A stretch of 64,000 bases of DNA from Squalus acanthias (Eukaryota): positions 167,712,001-167,776,000 of the forward strand of contig CM059425.1 in NCBI GenBank assembly GCA_030390025.1, written 5' to 3'. Made by a program: the position numbers and the translations under genes. A model generated the notes under the pieces. It was not told the origin of the DNA, did no database searches, and worked only from the letters and a program-made list of their open reading frames with translations. Of this stretch, positions 10,539 to 22,360 are shown one piece after another (the first letter of the stretch is position 1; the number at the start of each line of letters is the position of its first letter).

Positions 10539-11856
10539 CAATGTTCCCACTAAGATGTGCTTTGTTCTGTGCGGCCTGTTTCTTTTAATGCTCAGTCTCT
10601 TTAAATTTCTGTGCAGGTGAGGTATTTACAATGTAAAAGCCGGTGAGTGGCCTGCGCGGGACCTTTGAGATTACTGCGTGGCTGTGTGGCCATGCACCTT
10701 AGCGGGAACATTGTGTAAGTGGTTTTCTCGGGTGCACCGAAAACACACCTCTTACTACAAGTTCTGGACGATAGGGATTATATGGAACAGATCAGACTCG
10801 GACACCCGTTTGAGCTCAACCGTATTGCGTTTAATAGGATTTAACAATAACACTCATAACAGTACAAAACAATACAACCCTGGCTTGTCCAACAAGCCAT
10901 ACAGTGTTAAATTACCACGGTCTAATAAAAGAACCCTCCCGTGAAATAAACTAACACAGGACCCCAGCACTAAACCCCTCTAAGGTTTGGTTGGGACTTA
11001 CAATCACTCCCTCACACAGCTAAGTGATCTTGTGGCTGTGTAGACGCAGGCAATATGCTCACCCTGATTGCCCGTTGTCTTGCTCGCAGCTTCTTCCTGT
11101 ACGTCTCGCTCCTGGTTCCGTACCGCCAACGCAGTATCCAAGTTCCAGTTTGAGTCGAGGTCCGTTGATGAGGGATGAAGAGCAGCGCTCAGCTTCTGCC
11201 GGTGTTCCGTCGAGCCGAGCCTCACTCGGGAGACTCGCTGTAGACTGATGCCGAGGAGAAGAGAAAAGAGCAACCCCTGAATGGCTGCTGATATACCCAA
11301 AACCCATCGCCTTTTCCTCCCGCCAATATTGGTCGATGTATTGACTCAGGTAATCTGTCTGGACCCCCTGTGGCCTGGAGTGACTCAAGACCTTTGAAAT
11401 CTTTGTGAAAAATGATATTCCGTTTCCCTGCTCCCAGGCCTGGCACCTGGAGAGACAATGAGTGCTGATTACTGGATGCCTGTCGTTTCCTGAGTTGATG
11501 GCCCCCATTAGCAGGTAATGGGTTTCAATCTCTAACCGAACTTGCTTAACTGGCTTAACACCTGGAAGACAATGGCCTGGCCATCTCCTGCCTTCCACCA
11601 GTTTCGGCTGGGACTGTGTTTTATTGAGAGTGTCTCTGAGTTACCTCTCGGGGTATTGTTCCCAGTGATCATGTTAGATGGTGATGACGTCAATGTGAGA
11701 TGGCCGTTTGCACATGAATGCACCTTAGTCAGGTTAACCTGGATCCTATTCCCTAAGCCACTCCCACAAGCTTGTCCAACAGTACAGTTCTTTTCTTGGG
11801 GTTTTGGATATAAAATACGATTCATAAAAATGGCCAGAAAGCTGGTGCTACAATTG
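10539..11856. mobile_element. hAT-like MITE (~175 bp, 10539-10713, last 4 bp duplicated at 11853-11856)
   Basis: TIRs CAATGTTCCCACTAAG / CTTAGCGGGAACATTG (15/16 match). Flanks GCAGTCAT (10531-10538) and degenerate GCAGTTT (11857-11863) suggest an 8-bp TSD. Confidence 0.75.
10714..11852 (-). mobile_element. Solo LTR (1139 bp)
   Basis: TGTA...TACA ends and a 4-bp TSD ATTG (10710-10713, 11853-11856). Minus-strand TATA-like (~11292) and ATTAAA (~10830) suggest the orientation. No internal ORFs recognised. Confidence 0.8.
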
Positions 11857-13020
11857 GCAGTTTGATTCATTTATCCTGTGCCAGTCATCTGTGCTGCCTT
11901 TGTTCCAAACAGGCTGTCAGATTAAAGGCTGGCTACTGTGCGACAAGGGCTATCCCCTCCTGACTTGGCTCATGACTCCTGTCAGGAACTGCAGAGCTGG
12001 CATTTAACGAGAGCCATGCTGCCATCAGAAACAGCATCAAGCAGACAGTTGGCGTACTCAAGCAACGCTTCTGCTGCCTGGAACGTTCGGGAGGAGCTTC
12101 GCAATTCAGCCCTGAGTGGGTATCCAGATTTTTGGTTTGTCTACTGAATGCTTCCTAACATTGCCATCATGAGAGACCAGCCCTTCCCTCCACCTGGGCA
12201 GCAAGAAGTGCAGCAGGAACAGGGGAAGGAGGAGGCGAAGGAACATGAGGAGAAAGAAGAGAAGGAGTGACATCGACCACCAGTGCCCCTTGCTGCCAGA
12301 GCTCTCAGTAAGCAGCTCATCCAAGAGTGCTTCACATGAATCATCCCTCCCGTTCCCAATACACCAACAGTCCCACAATCCTTATGACCACCATCCTTAC
12401 TTATACCATCCGATTGCCTTCCTTCAGTCCAGCCTTGTGAGTCTTGCCCTCACTTCACTACAAATATTAATACCAACACAAAATGCAGAACAAAAAAACA
12501 AACTGAATTCCATCTGTATCTAATAGTTAACAGGTTTTAATTATGAAATACCCTTGTACAATCCCTTAGTGCCTATCTTCTGCGATTGTTTACTTATCCT
12601 AGAGCTCCTATGAAGTGTTTTGCCTGTGGCTACAGCTTGGGAGGTGGAAGGCTGCTGAGCTTCCATTGAGGACACTTCAATTGGCCATGGTGAGCGACCT
12701 CAAATATCTCTGATCCATGAGGGTCCGGCTGTAGACTGCAGCATCTCGACCTGGACTGGGTCAGTCTGGCCCAGCTAGCAGTGTGGCACTAACAAGGGCA
12801 CTGGTGGAGTGGGTGGCGGGGGATCAGGCATGATTTCTTCCTGAGAGAGGACAGAAGATCCCTCTCCCACAGCGGGGGGGGTGGGGGTGGGGGGGGGGCA
12901 AAGCCACTGTCCTGGGAATGCACCTCAGCACTCCACCGGCTCTGAGCGAGAACAGAGTGCAGCTCTTACAGCAGCGTTAGCTGCCATGGAAGCTGTCAGA
13001 GCTGTCAGCAGAGGCTCCAT

Positions 13021-13223
13021 TATAGTGGGTGACGTAAGAAAACTACTAGGCACTTGGTCTAAGCGTTAAACAAAGCTTTAATCAACAGTTTTACAACATG
13101 GAGGTCTAGTTGTGTCCTTAACTAGTTCCTGTTAAGAATGTCCTGAGCAAGCTGGGCCCGTGCCCGAGTATTTATACTCTCCCTGGACAGCGCCACCAGC
13201 AGGCCACTCAGTATTATTTCACA
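13021..13223 (-). mobile_element. Possible short solo-LTR-like insertion
   Basis: Compositionally distinct block inside the Myb gene, ending TTTCACA, with minus-strand TATAAATA and ATTAAAG. The 5' TG and a TSD are not evident. Confidence 0.3.
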
Positions 13224-13430
13224 AGTCTTTTTTTCATGAATGACAGATTCATGTCAGTGGGCACCACTGTCATGTTCATGGAGTTGACTGCTCCATCTAA
13301 GCTGGTAAGAATGGCCTCTCAGCACTGTGTGAAGCCTTGAGATAAGTAAGGGCTGGACTCCTCCATGCTCTGAGCCATTGTCAGTAAGCTCGCTGGCAGG
13401 CAGCCCAGAGCACCTAACATTTCTTGGCGT

Positions 13431-16400
13431 ATGCCCTTCAGCCTTCATTGGTTGCCTGGACCCTCGAAGTGCTGTTGGGGAGGGTTTAAACTAAAGTGGC
13501 AGGGGGTTGGGAACCTGAGCAGGGAGACAGAGGAAAGGGAAATAAGGATAAAAGCTAAAGACAGGAAGGAGAAAAACAAAAGTAGAAGGCAAAGAACGCA
13601 ACGGTTTAAATCAAACATGGTCACAGTAAATAATAATTCATATAGGTCTGAGAGCGTTAAAAAAACAAGCCTGAAGGCTTTGTGTCTTAATGCAAGGAGC
13701 ATTCGGAACAAGGTGGATGAATTAGCTGCGCAAATAGAGGTAAATGAATACGATTTGATTGGGATTACAGAAACATGGCTCCAGGGTGGCCAAGGCTGGG
13801 AACTCAACATCCAGGGTTATTCAATATTTAGGAAAGATAGGCAAAAAAGAAAGGGAGGTGGGGTAGCATTGCTGGTTAAAGAGGGGATTAACACAATTGA
13901 AAGGAAGGATATTAGCTCTGATGATGCGGAATCTGTATGGGTAGAACTGAGAAATAACAAGGGGCAGAAAACATTAGTGGGAGTGGTATATAGACCTCCA
14001 AACAGTAATACGGAGGTTGGGGACGGCATTAAAAGGGAAATTAGAGAAGCATGCAGTAAGGGCACAGCAGTCATCATGGGTGACTTTAATTTACATATAG
14101 ATTGGGCTAACCAAATTAGTAAAAATACTGTGGAGGAGGAATTCCTAGAATGTTTACGAGATGGTTTTCTGGAACAATATGTCGAGGAACCAACCAGAGA
14201 TCAGGCCATCTTAGACTGGGTATTATGCAACGAGAAAGGATTAATTAGCAATCTTGTTGTACGAGGCCCCTTGGGTCAGAGTGATCATAATATGATAGAA
14301 TTCTTCATTAGGATGGAGAGTGAAGTAGTTGAATCAGAGACTAGGGTCCTGAATTTAAATAAAGGAAACTACGATGGTATGAGGCGCGAATTGGGTAGGA
14401 TTGATTGGGGAATGTCACTCAAGGAGTTGACGGTGGATAGGCAATGGCAAACATTCAAAGACTGCATGGATGAACTACAGAATTTGTACATCCCAGTGTG
14501 GCATAAGAATAAAACAAAAAGGGTGACTCAACCGTGGCTAACAAGGGAAATTAGGGATAGCATAAGATCCAAGGAGAGGGCATATAAATTGGCCAGAAAA
14601 AGCGGTAGCCCTGAGGATTGGGAGCAGTTTAGGATTCAACAAAGGAGGACAAAGGGATTAATTAAGAAGGGGAAAATAGAATATGAAAGTAAGCTTGCTG
14701 GGAACATAAAAACTGACTGTAAGAGCTTTTATAGATATGTGAAGAGAAAAAGATTAGTGAAATCAAGTGTAGGTCCCTTGCAGTCAGAAGCGGGGGAAGT
14801 TATAATGGGGAACAAAGAAATGGCAGCCCAATTAAATGCATATTTTGGTTCTGTCTTCACAAAGGAGGACACAAATAACCTCCCAGAGATGTTGGAGAAC
14901 ATACGGTCTGATGAAAGGGAGGAACTGAAAGAAATCAGTATTTGCAGGGAAATGGTGTTAGGGAAATTGACGGTATTGAAGGCCAATAAATCCCCAGGGC
15001 CTGATAATCTACATCCTAGGGTACTTAAGGAAGTGGCTCTAGAAATAGTAGATGCATTACTGATCATCTTCCAACATTCGATGGAATCTGGAACTGTACC
15101 CATGGATTGGAGGGTAGCTAATGTTACCCCACTATTCAAAAAGGGTGGTAGAGAGAAAGCGGGGAATTACAGACCGGTAAGCCTGACATCGGTAGTGGGG
15201 AAAATGCTAGAGTCCATTATAAAGGATGTAATAGCTGAGCATTTGAAAAACAGTGACAGGATCGGACAAAGTCAACATGGATTTACAAAAGGTAAATCGT
15301 GCTTGACTAATCTACTGGAATTTTTTGAGGATGTAACTGGGAAAATAGATAAGGGAGAACCAGTAGATGTGGTGTATTTGGACTTTCAAAAGGCTTTCGA
15401 TAAGGTCCCGCATAAGAGATTAGCGTGTAAAGTTAAGGCACATGGGATTGGGGGCAAGGTATTGACTTGGATAGAGAACTGGTTGGCGGACAGAAAGCAG
15501 AGAGTAGGAATTAATGGGTCTTTTTCCGAGTGGCAAGCAGTGACTGGTGGGGTACCGCAGGGATCGGTCCTTGGACCCCAGCTATTCACAATATACATTA
15601 ATGATCTAGATAAGGGAATTAAATGTAATATCTCCAAGTTTGCAGATGACACAAAGCTGGGTGGGAGTGTGTGCAGCGAGGAGGATAGCGAGAAACTCCA
15701 GGATGATCTGGACAGGTTGGGTGAGTGGGCAGAAACGTGGCAGATGCAATATAACGTGGATAAGTGCGAGGTTATCCACTTTGGTGTCAAAAACAGAAAG
15801 GCAGACTATTATCTGAATGGCAATAGATTGGGAGAAGGGGAAGTGCAACAAGACCTGGGTGTCCTTGTGCACCAGTCGCTGAAAGTAAGCATGCAGGTGC
15901 AGCAGGCGGTGAAGAAGGCAAATGGTATGTTGGCCTTCATAGCGAAAGGGTTTGAGTATAGGAACAGGGATGTCCTGCTGCAGTTGTACAGGGCCTTGGT
16001 GAGACCACACCTTGAGTACTGTGTGCAGTTTTGGTCGCCTTATCTGAGGAAGGATGTTCTTGCCATGGAAGGAGTTCAGCGAAGATTCACAAGGCTGATA
16101 CCTGGGATGGCAGGAATGACATATGAGGAGAGATTGGGTCGATTGGGCTTATACTCACTGGAGTATAGAAGAATGAGAAGGGATCTCATCGAAACATATA
16201 AAATTCTGACAGGTCTGGACAAACTAGATGCAGGAAGAATGTTCCCGATGGTCGGAGAGTCCAGAACCAGGGGTCATAATCTACGGATAACGGGTAAACC
16301 ATTTAGGACAGAAATGAGGAAGAATTTCTTCACCCAGAGAGTGGTGAACCTGTGGAATTCTCTACCACAGAAGGTAGTTGAGGCGAAGTCATTAAATATA

Positions 16401-16478
16401 TTCAAGGATGAGTTAGATATATTTCTTAAAGCTAAAGGTATCAAGGGATATGGGGAGAAGGCAGGTACAGGGTACTGA
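13431..16478 (+). CDS. CR1 ORF2: APE endonuclease plus reverse transcriptase, uninterrupted (first ~11 codons are flanking DNA)
   Basis: LNARSI, GITETWL, VVYRPP, IMGDFN, SDHNMI (endonuclease); NYRPVSLTS, LDFQKAFD, GVPQGSVLGP, FADD (RT); no stops over 1015 codons. Confidence 0.93.
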   Translation: MPFSLHWLPGPSKCCWGGFKLKWQGVGNLSRETEEREIRIKAKDRKEKNKSRRQRTQRFKSNMVTVNNNSYRSESVKKTSLKALCLNARSIRNKVDELAAQIEVNEYDLIGITETWLQGGQGWELNIQGYSIFRKDRQKRKGGGVALLVKEGINTIERKDISSDDAESVWVELRNNKGQKTLVGVVYRPPNSNTEVGDGIKREIREACSKGTAVIMGDFNLHIDWANQISKNTVEEEFLECLRDGFLEQYVEEPTRDQAILDWVLCNEKGLISNLVVRGPLGQSDHNMIEFFIRMESEVVESETRVLNLNKGNYDGMRRELGRIDWGMSLKELTVDRQWQTFKDCMDELQNLYIPVWHKNKTKRVTQPWLTREIRDSIRSKERAYKLARKSGSPEDWEQFRIQQRRTKGLIKKGKIEYESKLAGNIKTDCKSFYRYVKRKRLVKSSVGPLQSEAGEVIMGNKEMAAQLNAYFGSVFTKEDTNNLPEMLENIRSDEREELKEISICREMVLGKLTVLKANKSPGPDNLHPRVLKEVALEIVDALLIIFQHSMESGTVPMDWRVANVTPLFKKGGREKAGNYRPVSLTSVVGKMLESIIKDVIAEHLKNSDRIGQSQHGFTKGKSCLTNLLEFFEDVTGKIDKGEPVDVVYLDFQKAFDKVPHKRLACKVKAHGIGGKVLTWIENWLADRKQRVGINGSFSEWQAVTGGVPQGSVLGPQLFTIYINDLDKGIKCNISKFADDTKLGGSVCSEEDSEKLQDDLDRLGEWAETWQMQYNVDKCEVIHFGVKNRKADYYLNGNRLGEGEVQQDLGVLVHQSLKVSMQVQQAVKKANGMLAFIAKGFEYRNRDVLLQLYRALVRPHLEYCVQFWSPYLRKDVLAMEGVQRRFTRLIPGMAGMTYEERLGRLGLYSLEYRRMRRDLIETYKILTGLDKLDAGRMFPMVGESRTRGHNLRITGKPFRTEMRKNFFTQRVVNLWNSLPQKVVEAKSLNIFKDELDIFLKAKGIKGYGEKAGTGY

Positions 16479-16574
16479 GTTTAGATGATCAGCCATGATC
16501 TCATCGAATGGCAGAGCAGGCTCGAGGGGCCGAATGGCCTACTCCTGCTCCTATCTTCTATGTAATCTATGTAA
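13464..16574 (+). mobile_element. Young CR1 LINE, 5'-truncated at the very end of ORF1
   Basis: Begins with the ORF1 tail (SAVGEGLN*), then a full ORF2, 3' UTR and CTATGTAAT-like tail repeat. Confidence 0.95.
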
Positions 16575-19500
16575 AGTCTGCATCTGAGTCTTCTGCAGCA
16601 GAGCTAGTATACAATCTCGTCCTTCAGTGAGCTGGCACCTGTTGCATCCTATCCTCCTGCCCTCATGCACACTTGTGCCCGGTGATTCACCGCATGCAAA
16701 CCCCTCCTCTAGCCTACCCTCTAAAGTACACGTGATGCCAGTCTCTGAGCTGGTATTTGCTCGAGTCAAATCGAGTGAGGAAGGCTTGCCTCCTCTTCCT
16801 GAAGTGACAGAGGTATCTCCACATTTCAGCACCTGAAATGAAAGAAAGGGGCAAGGGTTTGCTTTTAGTGTGGAGGGAGAACAAAGAAAGTAGTGGCTGG
16901 TGAAAGCAGCTGCAGTTTGTCATGCAGAGTGTACAGGGAGAGATATAAGTAAAAAGGGAAAAAGAGAATAAGTGTGCGAAAAAACCCTGCCGATGTCTCC
17001 TCCAGCACTGCCACTCACCACGGCCATGATTCTCTCCCTGTCCGTGATGGCCAGCCGTTCTCATCCACGGGGAAGATGGTATGCAGACGGGCTCGGCCTC
17101 CTCCGGTGGCAGCTTCCTGTCTCAGGTTGTGCGCGTCCGTCTCCTGCGAGATAGAAGGGGGTGTGTTAGTGACAGGTTTTTGTGGTGTTTAGAGAATGTG
17201 CCTGTCATAGTAGAATAGTTGGTATGCAATGTGTAAGATATGAGGTGTGGGGAAGTGAGATTTGCAATAGTGGTGAGTGTGTGAATATGAGGAGAAGGAG
17301 GTGGAGTGAAGTGTGGTGCAGTGATTGTAGGAAAGTAAAAGGATGCGGGGGGTATTGTGAGTAGTGAGGCTGGACTGATGGAGGTGTGAGCAGAGAGTAA
17401 GAGCATTATTCTTACCTTGACAACTCTGGTGAGGTCATTGTACTTTTTCTGGCATCGCAGCCATGTCCTGGTAGCTGTGCTACTGGCCTCTTCTGTGACC
17501 CCTTCCCACTGGCCGCGAAGTTGTTACCAGGAGAAACTTACTGTCCCCAGGGGGTGGGGGGGAACACACAGAATCTTCCTCCTCCTATCCACCACCTGCA
17601 CTAGGGCCTCCAACGTAGCATCGCAGAACCTGGGTGCCCTGTCTGGACCAATTGTGGCCATTTTAACCTTTTGACATTTCCTCCTGTCTGCAGCCAGAGT
17701 GCACCGCCCCTTTAAGAGGTGCTGTCGACCTTTAATTACGTCAGGGACGCCCGATTCCTGGCGCCCCCAAACAAATGTGCAGCCAATGAATAGCATGGGG
17801 AACGCTGGCTGCATGCCTGAATCATTTTAATAAGGTCCCAGCACAAACTTAATGTTTTCCTGGGACTACGTGAACAGGCACGTGCATGATTGAATCCCTA
17901 ACCCTTACTTTAGATTACCATGGAAACTAGCAAAGTTGTTTTTTTACAGAAAGATAAGATGCTACCTAATAAACTGCTTCAGATTGCGGTATATCAATAT
18001 TCAACACTTTTGCTAGAGAGAGGGAGGGAAGCATGTTGGGGAAATTAATGAACTTGTTTATGCCTTAAGCACTTCAATATGTTTTAGAATTTTTTTAAGA
18101 ACAATTTTTTGATTGACTTTGTGCACAATACAATCTTCCAAAACTAAATTGCACAGAGTAGTAAAGCAAATAATTTGATGGAAATGTAACAATGTAGAAA
18201 AACACCAGCATCTTTTCTGCTAATTGGTAAATGAGTCTTTCTAGACGCTGTATTAGCTTCATCTGCGTCAACCTGTTCCCATCAATTGTTTATGGTTGTG
18301 TATATTTCACAATAATTGAACTGCAAGCACAGGTTCCAATTATGAAGACGAAAGCTTTCATAAGTAATAGCTCTCAAAGCAATGTAAAGTGACTTTTTAA
18401 CAAAACGAAAAGAATTAATCACAATCCTATCCACACGTTTACAACCTCTTCGCATGAAGAACTCACAATTCAACAGTCGTTGAGAGGTAATAAGACTAAT
18501 TATAGGTCTTTCTTTCTTTCCCAGTCTTACAAGAACGCTCCGGGATAAGGTACTAAAATAACATGCAAGTAAAAGCTGCCTTTTCTGAGCTATTTTCAAG
18601 GCTGGGCACAGAGAGGTGACACAGCTTCCCTGTGTCTAGAACTGCTCAGCATCTGCCCTCCTCTTACTGAGATGCATTGACAAGCACATCATTTAAAGTT
18701 AATCTGAATGCAGCTCATTATACTTAACTACTTTCTGAGCGCTAGAGTGTGAAGTATGAATTTAAAAGTATTGCAAGTTTTAAGTATGTTAAGTTAACTT
18801 GAATGCTGTGCAAGACTGAATAGACTGATTTTTCCTCTGGGACAGTTGCACAGCTCTGACCCTACCATGACCCAGACCCATTTTCTTGGATCAGGAAACA
18901 TTAAACATGCAGAAATGGTTGGTTGCCCAAAACACAAAATTGACCCCCATGACTTTAACTTGTTGGGGAAAAAAATGTATCTCAGACTGTTAGAGACAAT
19001 TGCAGCTCTACACGAAAAAAAATGCTCCAAACTCTCCTGTAAATCAAGTAATTAATCTTCAAAGCTTCTCCAGGCTGCAGGCTCCTAATTAAAGCAAATT
19101 CACTAGAATCAGTCAATGCTGGCAACAGGTATGCCTCTTCTAAATTACCCTTGGTGCAATGGGGATGCAAGTCACAGAATTTAGCCAATCCTGTGCTGGC
19201 CACCCTCAATACCATTTATTATAGTCAGCTTCAGGTAGCATCAGTGTGCTATGCGGGAGGACCTCAGACCTGCTTGGGAACAACAGCGCAGCCAATGTGA
19301 GGTGGCAGCCTGGCTGAAATAGGTTATTCCACAATTTGCAGGCCTCAAAAGTTCATGTGCCAAAGGTGCACTGAAAGTGGCCTGTTAACTCTGGGCCAAT
19401 TCATCTCAACAGTTGTGCAAAATGTATGTATAAGATTAGTATGTTTTGGAAAGTAGTAAAAAGGAAGATCCAATCGAGTTCAAACAACAAAACAGCTTAG

Positions 19501-21099
19501 GCTTTAAGATTAGTGAGTGATAAAATCTCCATTTCCTTTGCGTACTCAAAACAGCTTTCATGCCTTAAAGCTGCTGGTGAACTTCAAATTAACAATCATT
19601 TGAGAACAGCGGTTAAACCAACATGGAAGTTTTCCACCCATATTTGTGATTCGTAAAACAGGAAGTGTATAATGTTCATTTGTAAATACCCTTAATGAAC
19701 TGGAAACAAAATCATAGGTTAAGTTTAATAATGCTGAACATAACGTACTAAGAGATATTTTCATCAACAAAATTTCAACAAGAAATAACAATATTTTAGT
19801 GATTCCACACTGCTGCTGTAACTGTGATGGAACAGGTGCTAACAACTAGTGCACTGAGACTGTGGCCCCACCAGATCTTCTGTGGCCAGGAATTGTAATA
19901 AATCCACCATTAATGCAAAGCTGGCAAGACAGGCTACAAATTGGTGGGGGCATTTAAAATAGGCTCCCTTTCTGAGGATTGATTTAAATTCTTCATGCAA
20001 CAATCTACTGTGGTCTTCCAGGCAATGGGCCCACAAAATCAGGCCATTCAATCAAGTCTGTGCCTGCATTTTTCTCTACATCAGTCATCTAGTTTAATCC
20101 CATTCCCTTGCTTGCTCCTCATACACTTTAATATTCCTCTTTTTCATGCAACTTTCTAAATATCTATTCAATTATGAACTCTGCTTCAACAATGATTTGT
20201 GACAGAGAATTTCATATTCTCACCCTTCTCTGCATTTTGTTATTTTTTCTAATTTTTGAATCCTCCAACCTCTCCATGTTGGCCTGTGCCACCAGGGCCG
20301 CTAAAAATGACCCTGACCAATTCAGCCTGAACTCCGTGCAGATCAGGTGCGGGCCTCTGAACTGCTAAATTGGTTATGTTCTGCCCATTTCAGGTCCATA
20401 AAACGGGCACAACTTTATTAAATTTAGACCCCGCGATGTCTGCAACAGAGGTCAATTAGAATGTCCAGAAAATTACAGTCAACCAAGTTGTGAATTTTTT
20501 CAGAAAGTAGTGGAGTATTTTAAAACAAAAATAATGATTTGAAACATGTGGCTAGATTCAAAATAGCACACAACGAATAGGATCGTCAGTGAAGAAACAT
20601 AGCTGCATGATGCACAAACAATGTGCACATCGCAAATAAATGATTGCAAATAAAAGTAGCCAACATGCCCCATCTGCATCAATTTTCAGAGGGCTAGGAT
20701 GAAGAAAAAATGGCAGAAACCCAATGTAACTGAACTCTGCACTGCTCGTGTTTAACACACATTTCTGGTCATGAGTTGGGCAGGCGGAGACATTGCCCCG
20801 AAACAGGTATTGAAATATAAGTTAGATGGAAACAAGGGGAAGTAAGCTGAAATTGGTTTCTACATCAACTTCCTTCTTTAATACTGGTTGCAGCTGATAG
20901 GCTAATTGGGCACTCAATTACTAGGCTGTATCTTTAAAGGAATAGGCACCAGCTTGGATTTGGAGGGGCAAATTGACTTTTGGGCAGCTAGTAGACAATG
21001 AATTCAAAGTTTTTGCTACACTAGGGCTGCACTGTGTCCGTGAGCTTTTAAGAAGACCCGTGGGTTAGACTCACCATCTGCTCTCACCATCTGTCTTAG

Positions 21100-22360
21100 A
21101 ACAATGGATATTCCATTAAGAATCCCATTGGGCTATTTGGAGGAAGAGGAGGAATACCAGGAACAACTTTTGGGTGCCAGGGAAGTGCAGCACCATCGCA
21201 GGAGAAGGGCTTCCACCTGCCAGTACCCTGCCAACAGAATGTATCATCCACAAAGGAATTATCTGGACTGGACAGAGCAGTAATGCTTTTGGAGCTCTGA
21301 TTCACAAGGGAAGCAATGACAGATTTGTGCAACATGATGCAGGAGGACATACAGTGACACTCCAGGGCAAGCACAGTGATTCCAGTGGCAATGAAGGCGA
21401 GAGCCACCTTGAACTCCTTTATCTCGGGCTGTTTCAGTGGGCCAGTACGGACATCAGCAACATCAGTCTGCAGTGTCTTACTGAAAAAAAACAGATGATT
21501 GATGCATTGTTTGCCAGAACAATCAGATACATTGTGAATCACCACAAATTGCTGGATGTTTTGCGCCACTCCATCGTTAGCCTTGCAAAAACAGCAACTT
21601 GCCCTCAACCTCCACGTGAGTTTTATGAAGTTGCCATATTTGTGCATTAATTGCCAATGTAACTCACCACAGAAAGATAGGGCTGGAACTTAACAATTAA
21701 ACACTTTTAATGAGGAGATTTATGTTCCTGCAATGCTAATCAACCTCTCTGACCTAGAAAGTGAACAATTTAAACTGTGGAGTCCCATTCCGACAAGTAT
21801 TAAAATGTTAGAGATTTTGAAAATGATAAATTTAATTTTTTTTCTTACTTTTCTGTCTCTTTTTTTCTCACTTAATCTTTCTTTCCCTCTTTATTTCTCT
21901 TTCTGTACCTGATTTGACTTTAATTCACCCTTTCTCCTTCTCCACCGTTCCTCTTTTTCTTTCTCACTCTTTAAATCCCGTTGGTTAAGGAGATAGACTG
22001 TCAGTCCCATCGTTCACAAAGGTCCCAGATGCACAGTGCTATTATCAGCTCGCACTTCCGGAAACTTCCAGGGCAAAATTTTTTCGAGCTGAAGGGTGAC
22101 GGAAAATGTCTAACTAACGGGGTACGCTGCAAGATGCCCCGCGCCAGCAAATTCTGGGCCATTCACTTTATGCCAGTCCATTGCACCGTCATTATTTGTA
22201 GAAACCCAGCAAGTCAAAATTGGGTCATGGTAGGCTGCTACTGACTTGGCTTATGACCCCTGTGCAACATCTCTGCATACCAGCAGACTACAAATTCAAT
22301 GAGGCATATGCTTTGACCAGATCCATTAAAGATCACACCATTGGCATCCTAAAGCCTGCT
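21100..22360 (+). pseudogene. Highly decayed Harbinger transposase
   Basis: PVAMKARATLNSF..FQWASTDISNIS..LFARTIRYI before an insertion; LLTWLMTP..FNEAYALTRSIKDHTIGILK after it. Confidence 0.7.
21531..22160. mobile_element. Non-autonomous Harbinger-like insertion within the decayed transposase (left end approximate)
   Basis: Ends AAATTCTGGGCC, the reverse complement of the TIR at 9323; interrupts the transposase. Confidence 0.55.

Larger units (their letters stand above)
9824..12339 (+). pseudogene. Harbinger transposase pseudogene interrupted at 10539-11863
   Basis: [25 protein letters not shown] and RKGFHSISIQLVCD..PGSSH precede the insertion. DSFIL..GWLLCDKGYPLLTWLMTP follows it. Stops and frameshifts present. 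Confidence 0.9.
12565..17661 (-). pseudogene. Harbinger Myb/SANT-like gene, three exons, decayed and split by a CR1 (3' end approximate)
   Basis: Exon 1 MATIGPDRAPRFCDATLEALVQVV..RTWLRCQKKYNDLTRVVK with a GTAAG donor (~17415); exon 2 ETDAHNLRQEAATGGG (~17145-17000); exon 3 after TTCAG (~16833). Confidence 0.8.
9323..17900. mobile_element. Large decayed Harbinger element with nested insertions (right end approximate)
   Basis: Left TIR-like GGCCCAGAAATTCG; transposase on plus and Myb gene on minus, convergent; interrupted by a MITE, LTRs and a CR1. Confidence 0.8.

Noticed and set aside
10678..11870. Several 80-180 aa ORFs
   Set aside because: Inside the solo LTR with no gag/pol/env motifs; consistent with chance.
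13445..16010. Minus-strand ORFs overlapping CR1 ORF2
   Set aside because: Antisense shadows of the RT frame.
18282..19055. ORFs of 69-105 aa in unique DNA
   Set aside because: No recognisable domain or coherent splice-site pair.
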